Source of the DNA: Nitrososphaerota archaeon
GTDB lineage: Archaea > Thermoproteota > Nitrososphaeria_A > Caldarchaeales > Wolframiiraptoraceae
Length of the DNA stretch: 24,000 bases
NCBI GenBank assembly: GCA_021159365.1
Contig: JAGGRY010000036.1
Location: 63,861-87,860, forward strand
Direction of reading: 5' to 3'
Made by a program: the position numbers and the translations under genes. Numbering within the stretch: the stretch's first letter is position 1; each line of letters begins with the position of its first letter. This document shows, piece by piece, positions 16,547-24,000 of the stretch. The notes beneath the pieces were generated by a model. The model searched no databases, was not told the origin of the DNA, and saw only the letters and a program-made list of their open reading frames with translations.

Positions 16547-18138
16547 GATCTTAAGATTTCCGTCACCACCTTCCTTATCTTTGACTGAATCCATAAGGGG
16601 GTCCATGGGACGAATATTCTGAGAAACCTCTGATCCAATGCATCTTTAACCACGTCTTCTTCTCCAACCTTAAGATATCCTTGAACGACATTTTTAGAGA
16701 ATCTATCAACCTCTCCTGAACTTAAGTAATGGGCAGTGTAGAATAACAATTCGCATAGATCCCAGGATTTCGAGTCTTCAAAAGAGCATTGTTCAAGGTC
16801 TATTAGGTATATTTTGCCATCGCTTCCGAAGATGAATGTGAATGGATTACAGTCCCCTATGCAGATTCCCTTTTCATGGACTTCCGCCAACGTCTTTCCC
16901 ATCCTGTATGAGATATCATCGAATATTCTCGGCTCATCGGCGTTCTTCAACGCTTTTAATCCATCGGCGCCATCTATGAATCTCTGAAAGATTATCTTCT
17001 TAGGCCAATTTATGTGGAGTATTTCAGCGGTGTTGAATCCAAGTTCGGAGAGTTTGTTTATGAAATAGATCTCGTTACTCATTCTAGATGAGGCCAAGAC
17101 CGAGAAGTTCTTCACACCTATAGCCCAAAGCCACGCCGCCACCCACTTAAAATCTGTCCAATTAAGATATTTCTTGACGAAGATCTTCTCTTCATGATCA
17201 TCAATCTTGAACGATGCAAAATAAGTTGAATTAAAGACGCTTCCAACCTTCCTTAACTTGACATCTATGGATCTAACTCCATAAGTCTCTCGAATAAAGT
17301 CCCTTATCCCCCTACTCATCGCTAAAGGTTGAGGTCCAATGGAGGTCTCCATGTAAAGCATCTTGCTCGGATCTGGGATCTTCACGGGGACTAAGACGTC
17401 GAGATCGAATCTAATGTTTCTAATGGCATCTAGTGGAGATGAGAAGCTGGCCGTTAGATAGAGTTTAAAGAAGTGTTCAAGTTCATCCGAAAATCTGTCA
17501 TAGACGGTTTTCCTCGACAAGACTTCATGGACGAATCGATCAGTTGGAGAATATCCTCCATGTCTTTCCTCGAGTATGCCTTGATCCACTAGATCCTTTA
17601 TCGCCTTTAGGAATCCATCCAAAACCATGTTGATCTCGCCTCTCGATCCTCTAAACATCTCCTTGACAAATCTCCTAGACGGCGGATAGATTGCTGTGAG
17701 CCTCCTGAGCTTATCATAGAGAAAGTATTCCGGCTTAATTATCAGCCTGGTCGAGGCCAATTTATGCTCTAAAATTACGTTTTGAAGAGATTCGACTATG
17801 ACGTGCCTCTTATACATCTTCTCAAGATCTTCTAAGAGCTTCTCATTGATTATGGGATAATATGGAAATAAGAAGCTATGCGCTATAATTCCCCCGAACT
17901 TTTCATCCGAGGCATCTTTCAAGACACTTTTCTCATCCGCCAGTATCACGAGATCCGCTCCCCTCTTCACGAGTCTGAACTGCTTAATTATGTCCGTTAT
18001 CGCAAGTATGATCGAAGAACCTCTCTCGATCAATGCACCGTGAACGCTGAGGGCCTTAACCGCTTCCACGCTAATCCCGATACGCTTTAGCTCCTCAATT
18101 ACTCTTTCACGCCGTTCATCTCCATCGAGGAATTGCAT
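16543..18138 (-). CDS. Two-part protein: uncharacterised N-terminal region plus Bud32/RIO/InaA-like kinase C-terminal domain
   Basis: 531 aa; C-term KIFVKKYL...NEIYFINKLSELGF...KGICIGDCNPFTFIFGSDGKIYLIDLEQC (catalytic GDxNP and IDLE metal-binding-like motifs). The N-terminal ~300 aa include FGGIIAHSFLFPYYPIINEKLLEDLEKMYKRHVIVES and FLYDKLRRLTAIYPPSRRFVKEMF, and are not assigned. Confidence 0.7.
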   Translation of the reverse strand: MQFLDGDERRERVIEELKRIGISVEAVKALSVHGALIERGSSIILAITDIIKQFRLVKRGADLVILADEKSVLKDASDEKFGGIIAHSFLFPYYPIINEKLLEDLEKMYKRHVIVESLQNVILEHKLASTRLIIKPEYFLYDKLRRLTAIYPPSRRFVKEMFRGSRGEINMVLDGFLKAIKDLVDQGILEERHGGYSPTDRFVHEVLSRKTVYDRFSDELEHFFKLYLTASFSSPLDAIRNIRFDLDVLVPVKIPDPSKMLYMETSIGPQPLAMSRGIRDFIRETYGVRSIDVKLRKVGSVFNSTYFASFKIDDHEEKIFVKKYLNWTDFKWVAAWLWAIGVKNFSVLASSRMSNEIYFINKLSELGFNTAEILHINWPKKIIFQRFIDGADGLKALKNADEPRIFDDISYRMGKTLAEVHEKGICIGDCNPFTFIFGSDGKIYLIDLEQCSFEDSKSWDLCELLFYTAHYLSSGEVDRFSKNVVQGYLKVGEEDVVKDALDQRFLRIFVPWTPLWIQSKIRKVVTEILRS

Positions 18139-18237
18139 GACGTGTTATTGATATTAATCCGAGAATAAATATCCAAAATCAGCGTTTCTGAGATAATATT
18201 AAAGCAGGGAGATCCAAGTAGGGGAAATTTTATTGCC

Positions 18238-19596
18238 TTGAGAAGTTTAGAGATTTTGAGGAGAATGGATCCAGGAAAGCTTACAAGATTCATAGTCTCA
18301 AATGCACTGAAGCTTGGAGCAACAGATGTGGTCGCCGAGATCTACGTCGGTAGGGAGAGGAGGATAAAGTTCGCGAACAATGAGGTTGTAGTCTCGGAGG
18401 AGCGGGATGAGAGAACGGCTGAGATATTCGTCGCCATAAGGGAGAAGAGGGCCAGCATCTCGATCGACGATCTATCGATCCAAAGCATTAGAGAAGCGGT
18501 GAAGCAAGCGATCTCCCTAGCAAAGATGAGCGAGCCGGCCGAGACCTATGCCGAGCTTCCAAGAGGGCCATTCAAGTATGATAAGGATCTATTAAGGGCT
18601 GGGAAGGTCTCAGGAGACCCGGAGAAGCTAATAGATCATGTTGAAGCGGCTGTAAACGCGGCTCTAGCCGAAGGAGCTGAAAGAGCTGCTGGAACCCTAA
18701 TCTACTCAAGCGGCAAGACATGGCTCAGAACTAGTGGGAGAGCTTATGGAGTCGCGAATGAGGCCACCATAGAGATCTCGGTTAGAGCTCTCGCTTCTGA
18801 AGACGCCGCGGGCCACTTCGTCTCAATCGCTGCGGATGATAGGGATTTTGATCCAGAAGGAGCTGGAAAGAGAGCTGGAGAGATAGCTAAGATGGCCCTA
18901 AACCCAATTGAAGGCGAACCTGGAGAATATGAGGCCCTCTTAGGGCCGATGATCTTCGCCCACCTAGCCGAGCACGTTGGAGATGCTTCATCGGCTTTCT
19001 ACGTCGATGCTGGGCTATCTTTCTTAAAGGATAAGCTTGGCCAAGAGGTCTCATCAAAGATCTTCAGCCTCGTAGATGATCCTACGATTCCAAAGACCTA
19101 TGGATCAGCGCCCTTCGACGATGAAGGTGTTCCAACCAGGAGAAATGTCATCATTGATAGAGGGGTCTTGAAGACCTATCTACATAACTCGACGACCGCT
19201 AAGAAGTTTGGAGCTGAGACCACCGCCAACGCGGGGCTCATAGTCCCAACACCATTTAATCTAATAGTCGAGGGAGGGGATAAGAGCTTCGAGAAGCTGC
19301 TCTCAAGCATAGATGATGGAATCTATGTGACGAATGACTGGTATCTAAGATATCAAAACTATAGGACCGGAGACTTCTCAACGATTCCGAGAGACGGCTT
19401 ATTCAGGATAAAGAGGGGGAGCATAGAATCCTCGATAAAGGGGCTGAGAATAAGCGACAACATGTTAAGAATACTGAGCGGGATAAGAGAACTTGGAAGA
19501 GAAAGATATTGGATAAGCTGGTGGGAAGTAGAAACCCCGGTCTACGCACCACACGCAATAATAGAAAAAGTAAACTTCACCAAATCAACGATCTAA
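18238..19596 (+). CDS. TldD/PmbA family protein, TldE/PmbA-like
   Basis: 452 aa; N-term LKLGATDVVAEIYVGRERRIKFANNEVV..., C-term TYGSAPFDDEGVPTRRNVIIDRGVLKTYLHNSTTAKKFG; no HExxxH motif in the region where TldD has one. Confidence 0.88.
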   Translation: MRSLEILRRMDPGKLTRFIVSNALKLGATDVVAEIYVGRERRIKFANNEVVVSEERDERTAEIFVAIREKRASISIDDLSIQSIREAVKQAISLAKMSEPAETYAELPRGPFKYDKDLLRAGKVSGDPEKLIDHVEAAVNAALAEGAERAAGTLIYSSGKTWLRTSGRAYGVANEATIEISVRALASEDAAGHFVSIAADDRDFDPEGAGKRAGEIAKMALNPIEGEPGEYEALLGPMIFAHLAEHVGDASSAFYVDAGLSFLKDKLGQEVSSKIFSLVDDPTIPKTYGSAPFDDEGVPTRRNVIIDRGVLKTYLHNSTTAKKFGAETTANAGLIVPTPFNLIVEGGDKSFEKLLSSIDDGIYVTNDWYLRYQNYRTGDFSTIPRDGLFRIKRGSIESSIKGLRISDNMLRILSGIRELGRERYWISWWEVETPVYAPHAIIEKVNFTKSTI

Positions 19597-19636
19597 AAAT
19601 AAATATAAAACCAGCAAAAGCCCACTAAAGATAAAA

Positions 19637-19713
19637 GCCCCGGTAGCTCAGTCTGGTAGAGCACCGGCTTGGTAAGCCGGTGGTCCCGGGTTCAAAGCCC
19701 GGCCGGGGCTCCA
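19637..19713 (+). tRNA. tRNA-Thr (anticodon GGT), encoded CCA
   Basis: Full cloverleaf by hand: acceptor GCCCCGG/CCGGGGC, anticodon stem CCGGC/GCCGG with loop TTGGTAA, T arm CCGGG-TTCAAAG-CCCGG, discriminator T then CCA. Confidence 0.96.
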
Positions 19714-19853
19714 CCTAAACCTTAGCTGTCATCTCCAAGTATCTTCTCTCGTAGTATATCGGAACTCACATATTTACATAGATCCTTCGTATAGGATGAC
19801 CCTTGTGTTAAGATATTCTTCGTATAATCTGAGAACCTCCTTTTTCCCTCTCT

Positions 19854-20336
19854 CTACCTAAGTAAGGCTTTCATTAGTCTTCCACTATGATTATGGAATA
19901 ATATGATGCAATAATCCCAGTCGCCGCTAAGATATGCGAACGAGGCCTTGGCGAGAGCCATCTTGAACCTCGATCCGGCTGAATGACCTGCACCAGAATG
20001 ATCCAATTCTATCGCAATTCTCATTGGTTTTAAGATGGCGATATCAGGATAGACCCCCTCAGATCCAAACAGATTATACGGCCTTCTCCACGCTATTGGA
20101 GTACCTTGCCCCTCAACATAGACTGCCTCCTTAAGTCTACCCTCGGGAAATAATTGATTGTAAATTCTTCTCACGACGTCTCCAATAATCTTTCTCGCCA
20201 CCTTATCCCAAGTCTCTCCGCTCTCCTCCACCTTCTTGATTATTTTGTTAAAAACTTGCTCACGTGCTAGGCTAGTTTCCAAAAGATGGATGAACTTCTT
20301 CATCGCCTTCTCATAATGAATTTTTACCATTGTCAA
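19854..20336 (-). CDS. Small protein, possible PD-(D/E)xK-like nuclease
   Basis: 160 aa; GVYPDIAILKPMRIAIELDHSGAGHSAGSRFKMALAKASFAYLSGDWDYCIILFHNHSG resembles a PD...E-x-(D/K) nuclease core. The canonical Lys is not at the usual position, so the assignment is tentative. Confidence 0.45.
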   Translation of the reverse strand: MTMVKIHYEKAMKKFIHLLETSLAREQVFNKIIKKVEESGETWDKVARKIIGDVVRRIYNQLFPEGRLKEAVYVEGQGTPIAWRRPYNLFGSEGVYPDIAILKPMRIAIELDHSGAGHSAGSRFKMALAKASFAYLSGDWDYCIILFHNHSGRLMKALLR

Positions 20337-20650
20337 TAGATCCCGACCCCACCTTATATCTTAATCTCATAAGCCATACCTTTTCACTACTATCTTCGCA
20401 AGAAGAATCCTATAAAAGAGCTTTAGATAGTAGTCAACGCGAAAAAGACATAAAGGCCGAGAATAGCTCGGGAACACCTAGGCTCCATCTTAAACTTCAA
20501 AGCCCTGTCACGCGATGTGGCTCTCAATCGTATGAAGTAGTCGACGATGGTCTAGACATGTATTTAGAGGGATTTCTGCTGAGTTATAGCTCTATAATTT
20601 TCTCTAGGATTGATGCTTCTCATCCTTTAGGCTCGTCATAGACGTAGGTG

Positions 20651-22255
20651 TTATAGCTTCTTCACTATTACAGGTAATACAGCTTTGGTGAGCTCGCGGG
20701 TGCTTCTAATATCGACTTTAGTGTATACTTTATCCACAATGTTGGGATCTCTCTCTACGCCGCTTATCCAACTTTCTAAGGCATCTATGGCGTGGGATGC
20801 TAGATTGCTGAATATTCTTGAGAGTAGCGGGTTCTTAATTCTTATCACCCTTCTAGCCAATGTCTTGGAGTTGACGGCGCTTAACTTGCAGCCGGCTATC
20901 ATGCAGTCGATCGCCTCTTGCGATAGCTTAGCGATGCATGAACTCGGGAAATTCATTTTCTCCTCTTCTATTATGGTTCCGCCCATGGGTATCAGTAGTA
21001 GTGGGAAGGTCCATCCTACGAATCCTTCACTCTTCAATCTGTCTATCAATTCCGTAGTCGCTATATAGTCGTCTGGCGTGGCGTCGGGGAAGCCGATGAT
21101 ATACGTGAAACACGGATACCAGTATGAGTCATTGAATAATTTTGCAGCCTCAACCACGATGCTGGGCCAATCCTCCGGCTTCCAAGGATACGCCTTTCCT
21201 CTAAAGTACTTAGCGACGATCCTAGGACTGCCGGATTCCAAGCCTACTTGAGGAAACGTCGGCTCAACGTCACTTAACCCCTGGATATCAGTTATGTACT
21301 TGACAACATCTTTCAAAACCAGAGCCGAGGCACAGGACACGTGTGAGAAACCTATTTTGTCGGGAGCCCCCCATCTTCTTGCCAAGTCCACAACCACTTT
21401 AAACAACTTCTTAACGGCGTCGGAGTTTAATTTAAGCCCATGGGCACCATATAACAGCACATCCTCCGTAACAAGTGATATGTTCTCGATACCATTCTTT
21501 AGGTTAAACTCTATCTCCTCTGTAATAATGTCCAGTGGGAAAGACCTAAAATGCCACATAGTTGGATTGCAAAAGTGGCATTTCCTAGGGCATCCGCGGG
21601 TGATCTGAACCAGCCCGTTTCTAGAAGGCGTTATTATCAATGGAATCTTATCCAATGGCGTGGGCTCTCCTTTAACATATCTCGGAACCTCCTCGCCGTT
21701 GAGCAGTTTCTTGACGATTATGGGGAAGGTTAGCTCGGCTTCCCCATCGAATAGCACGTCTATCCCATACTTATACTCATATCCCCTTAACTGCCAATTT
21801 CCCGGCCCGCCTACAATCACCTTAAACCCATACTTCTCCTTTAATGATCTTACAACGTTCATCAGCTTCTCAAACTCAAGTTCGGTGCAACTCTTGCCGC
21901 CACCGGCTAATGCCTTTAAGGTCCAAGTGACCGGCGCTAAACCCTTAGGATCAAGCACGTGTATTGCAACTATCTCCGTATCCCCGTCAATAGCCTTCGC
22001 AACCATGCGTGGGGGAACGATGACAACATCATCCCTACTGAAGCCTGCGGCGATCAGCGACGCCTCCACCTTACATATAGCGTAAGGAGCATACTTGGCC
22101 CTCAAACCCCTAGTAGGAACCTTGGGAGAAAGTATGTGGTATTGCACTAGCTCGGGTACAAGTCTATAAGGCAGGCATAGCCCGAAGCCGAAGAGATCAG
22201 CTCCATGATAATCGGTAAAGACTGCCCTATCAGCTGTTAAGATGATCTTAGCCAT
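20651..22255 (-). CDS. Radical SAM protein with B12-binding-like N-terminal region (COG1032-type)
   Basis: 534 aa; ITRGCPRKCHFC (CxxxCxxC cluster), PQVGLESGSPRIV, FTYIIGFPDATPDD; N-terminal KVIVGGPGNWQL...YGIDVLFDGEAELTFP, typical of B12-binding-like radical SAM proteins. Confidence 0.87.
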   Translation of the reverse strand: MAKIILTADRAVFTDYHGADLFGFGLCLPYRLVPELVQYHILSPKVPTRGLRAKYAPYAICKVEASLIAAGFSRDDVVIVPPRMVAKAIDGDTEIVAIHVLDPKGLAPVTWTLKALAGGGKSCTELEFEKLMNVVRSLKEKYGFKVIVGGPGNWQLRGYEYKYGIDVLFDGEAELTFPIIVKKLLNGEEVPRYVKGEPTPLDKIPLIITPSRNGLVQITRGCPRKCHFCNPTMWHFRSFPLDIITEEIEFNLKNGIENISLVTEDVLLYGAHGLKLNSDAVKKLFKVVVDLARRWGAPDKIGFSHVSCASALVLKDVVKYITDIQGLSDVEPTFPQVGLESGSPRIVAKYFRGKAYPWKPEDWPSIVVEAAKLFNDSYWYPCFTYIIGFPDATPDDYIATTELIDRLKSEGFVGWTFPLLLIPMGGTIIEEEKMNFPSSCIAKLSQEAIDCMIAGCKLSAVNSKTLARRVIRIKNPLLSRIFSNLASHAIDALESWISGVERDPNIVDKVYTKVDIRSTRELTKAVLPVIVKKL

Positions 22256-22564
22256 CCATAATTTAACTATCGTAATACTGCACGTTAAACTTTATCCACC
22301 CTAAAAACTGGGAGATGGTATGAGAATGTCTTAAGGGAGAAATATGATTTGTTCTGCTCTATTTTTAGATATCGTCTAACGGCTTCCTCTTAAGACCGCG
22401 TAACGCAATATTTAACCGCTTTGACGAAATGTTTCGAAGTCCTCTAGCGGTTCTCAAGGCTCGTCTAAGGAAGACTTAGGCTGAGGTAGAGTTTATTAGC
22501 GGAGCTTCAGAATGCGTTGGAGAGAAGGAATTGAATTTAATACCTGAAGGATCGATGTTATTAT

Positions 22565-22605
22565 GCCGGTGGTCCTGGATTCAAAGTCAAAACTCGGCCG
22601 GGACT
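22565..22605 (+). repeat. Degenerate copy of the tRNA-Thr 3' half (att-like or tRNA pseudogene fragment)
   Basis: gccggtggtcctggattcaaagtcaaaactcggccgggact versus tRNA-Thr gccggtggtcccgggttcaaagcccggccggggct: 20/22 identical, then a 6-nt insertion, then 11/13 identical. No 5' half is present. Confidence 0.7.
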
Positions 22606-23168
22606 TTTACCTAAAAGAGTCTACTTGTGCTGGAAACGTGTCAGATTTTTGCTCAGAAATCGTCCACCAGTTTAGGAGATGAGCCGCATATGTGTAAGCC
22701 TCACTCCAAGCTATGAGGATCCTCATACTGAGCATAGTGGACTCAGCAATGATTCAGTCTCTTTCTCTAGCTGTCTTATGTCTATGATAATAGCGCTCCA
22801 TCACACTTGCTAAGGTCTATTCTATACTTCTACTTCCCAACCCCAATCCATGGAATGACCTCCACCCCAAGATCTGATAAGGTGTCCAAGAGATCTTAGA
22901 GAGGGCGAAGCAGGGGGTGAGCGAGGAGAAATGAGTGTTTAGAACTTTTATTTCTCTTTTTGAGATGAGTATGTTCAGGAACTTGGAAGGTTGATTAGAC
23001 CGTCCTTCATGGCGGGGCTACCTTCTATCTTGAATCGTGGGATGTAAAATCTACTTAAGTAGGATGAGCATATCTTGGATGGACGATGATTTGAGTCCGG
23101 CTTCTGAGCTTATGATGATGCTTGAAAGGGATGAGTCGATTATCTTTTTCACCTTTTAATTCTCATTT

Positions 23169-23573
23169 TTATGCGAATAGCTTCTTACATGTGCTTAGCA
23201 TAGATCCTTTGTAGTCGATCATGTCGAATACCTTATACGCCACTTCTTTGAATCCATTGGATTTTATGTCTTGTGGGTGGAAGACTGTTCTCAGGATTGT
23301 TGGATTGTAGTGCTCTAATGTGTCCATATAGTTTCTGTTAGCTGGTATTAAGAAGTATTCTCGCTCATTGATTCCCATCAGGTTTAGGAATTGATCAAGC
23401 CTCTCCACATATCCTTGGTTATAATTCCATGGATCTAGATCATGTATCTCGATGAAGCATTTTCCTTCCGCTCCTTCGGCACGCTCACCTATCATTATTC
23501 CATGAGAGTAGAATCCTACTGCGAATGCCGCCAAGCTCGTTAATCCCAGCTTAAGGACTTCCCTTCTCTTCAT
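23169..23573 (-). CDS. Exported (Tat-like signal) polysaccharide-deacetylase/DUF2334-like protein, possibly truncated
   Basis: 134 aa; MKRREVLKLGLTSLAAFAVGFYSHG signal; FIEIHDLDPWNYNQGYVERLDQFLNLMGINEREYFLIPANRNYMD resembles the start of a deacetylase-type fold, but the ORF is short. Confidence 0.45.
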   Translation of the reverse strand: MKRREVLKLGLTSLAAFAVGFYSHGIMIGERAEGAEGKCFIEIHDLDPWNYNQGYVERLDQFLNLMGINEREYFLIPANRNYMDTLEHYNPTILRTVFHPQDIKSNGFKEVAYKVFDMIDYKGSMLSTCKKLFA

Positions 23574-23661
23574 TACACTTATCTCGATCTTCTTAGGCTA
23601 AAAAGTAATACTTTTGCGTGGTGAGCCGTCACAAATAGATGTTCTTGAATCAAGTATTGTT

Positions 23662-23774
23662 CGCCGGGGGTGGGATTTGAACCCACGCGCCCCGCATGGG
23701 GCATCGGCTTACTCGATCTGACCAGCGGTTTATGATCTCGAGGCCGACCCTCTACCAGGCTAAGGCACCCCGGC
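23662..23774 (-). tRNA. tRNA-Ser (anticodon CGA) with a 27-nt intron at 37/38, no encoded CCA
   Basis: Acceptor GCCGGGG/CCCCGGC, anticodon stem TCGGC/GCCGA, long variable arm containing CCCC-ATGC-GGGG, T arm GTGGG-TTCAAAT-CCCAC. Intron at 23710-23736 (plus coordinates) with a bulge-helix-bulge-like exon/intron pairing CTCG/CGAG. Mature length 86 nt. Confidence 0.93.
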
Positions 23775-23963
23775 GCCAATAATAGCATGGGTTCTTCAAG
23801 TATTAAACTCCATCTCCATAAGCCATTACCTTGAAGACTTTTGGAATTTGAGAGAGTTAAAGAAGCCGCAGATCTGGTTATTCGGGTGATTCAGGGAAAG
23901 TCTGCGCCGTTGGGAAATATCCTGATTAAATATATAAATAATATGATAGGGATCAGGTGTTGA

Positions 23964-24000
23964 TGAATCGACGTTTATTCAGAAAGCTGAGATATGCAAC
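23964..24000 (+). CDS. Start of an ORF running off the right edge (MNRRLFRKLRYA...)
   Basis: ATG at 23964 open to the window end; too short to assign. Confidence 0.25.

Noticed and set aside
20330-20641. 103-aa plus-strand ORF between the nuclease-like and radical SAM genes
   Set aside because: No recognisable motif and atypical composition; kept as unassigned intergenic sequence.
22840-22960. Possible structured ncRNA (GA-rich segment gagagggcgaagcagggggtgagcgagg)
   Set aside because: Lacks recognisable RNase P, SRP or C/D-box signatures; a covariance-model search would be needed before calling it.
1-24000. Looked for CRISPR arrays, intact transposases or integrases, and rRNA genes
   Set aside because: No regularly spaced direct repeats, DDE/tyrosine/serine recombinase motifs, or rRNA signatures were recognised by eye.

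Overview
Archaeal chromosomal window, probably TACK/Thermoproteota-like; this lineage is inferred from gene content, not from any database search. Supported content: the 5' part of a thiolase-like gene next to HMG-CoA synthase; an Lrp/AsnC regulator; a tail-to-tail MIT-AAA ATPase (CdvC/Vps4-like) and ESCRT-III-like (CdvB-like) pair; a HerA/NurA DNA-end-processing pair; four adjacent small genes sharing one N-terminal domain, three or four of them with winged-helix-like C-termini; GatD/GatE; a class I/II aminotransferase; a HemK-like methyltransferase; two tandem paralogous nucleotidyltransferase-domain proteins facing a two-part protein with a kinase-like C-terminus; a solo TldE/PmbA-like protein; tRNA-Thr(GGT) with encoded CCA; a small nuclease-like ORF; a radical SAM protein; a gene-poor, decayed-looking stretch holding a degenerate copy of the tRNA-Thr 3' half; a truncated-looking secreted deacetylase-like ORF; and an intron-containing tRNA-Ser(CGA). 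The best candidates for something undescribed are (1) the four-gene cluster at 7262-9115, with an inverted repeat or palindrome at its promoters, beside HerA/NurA; (2) the tRNA-Thr-bounded islet at 19637-22605; and (3) the nucleotidyltransferase x2 plus kinase-like locus at 14536-18138. No CRISPR array and no intact transposase or integrase was recognised.
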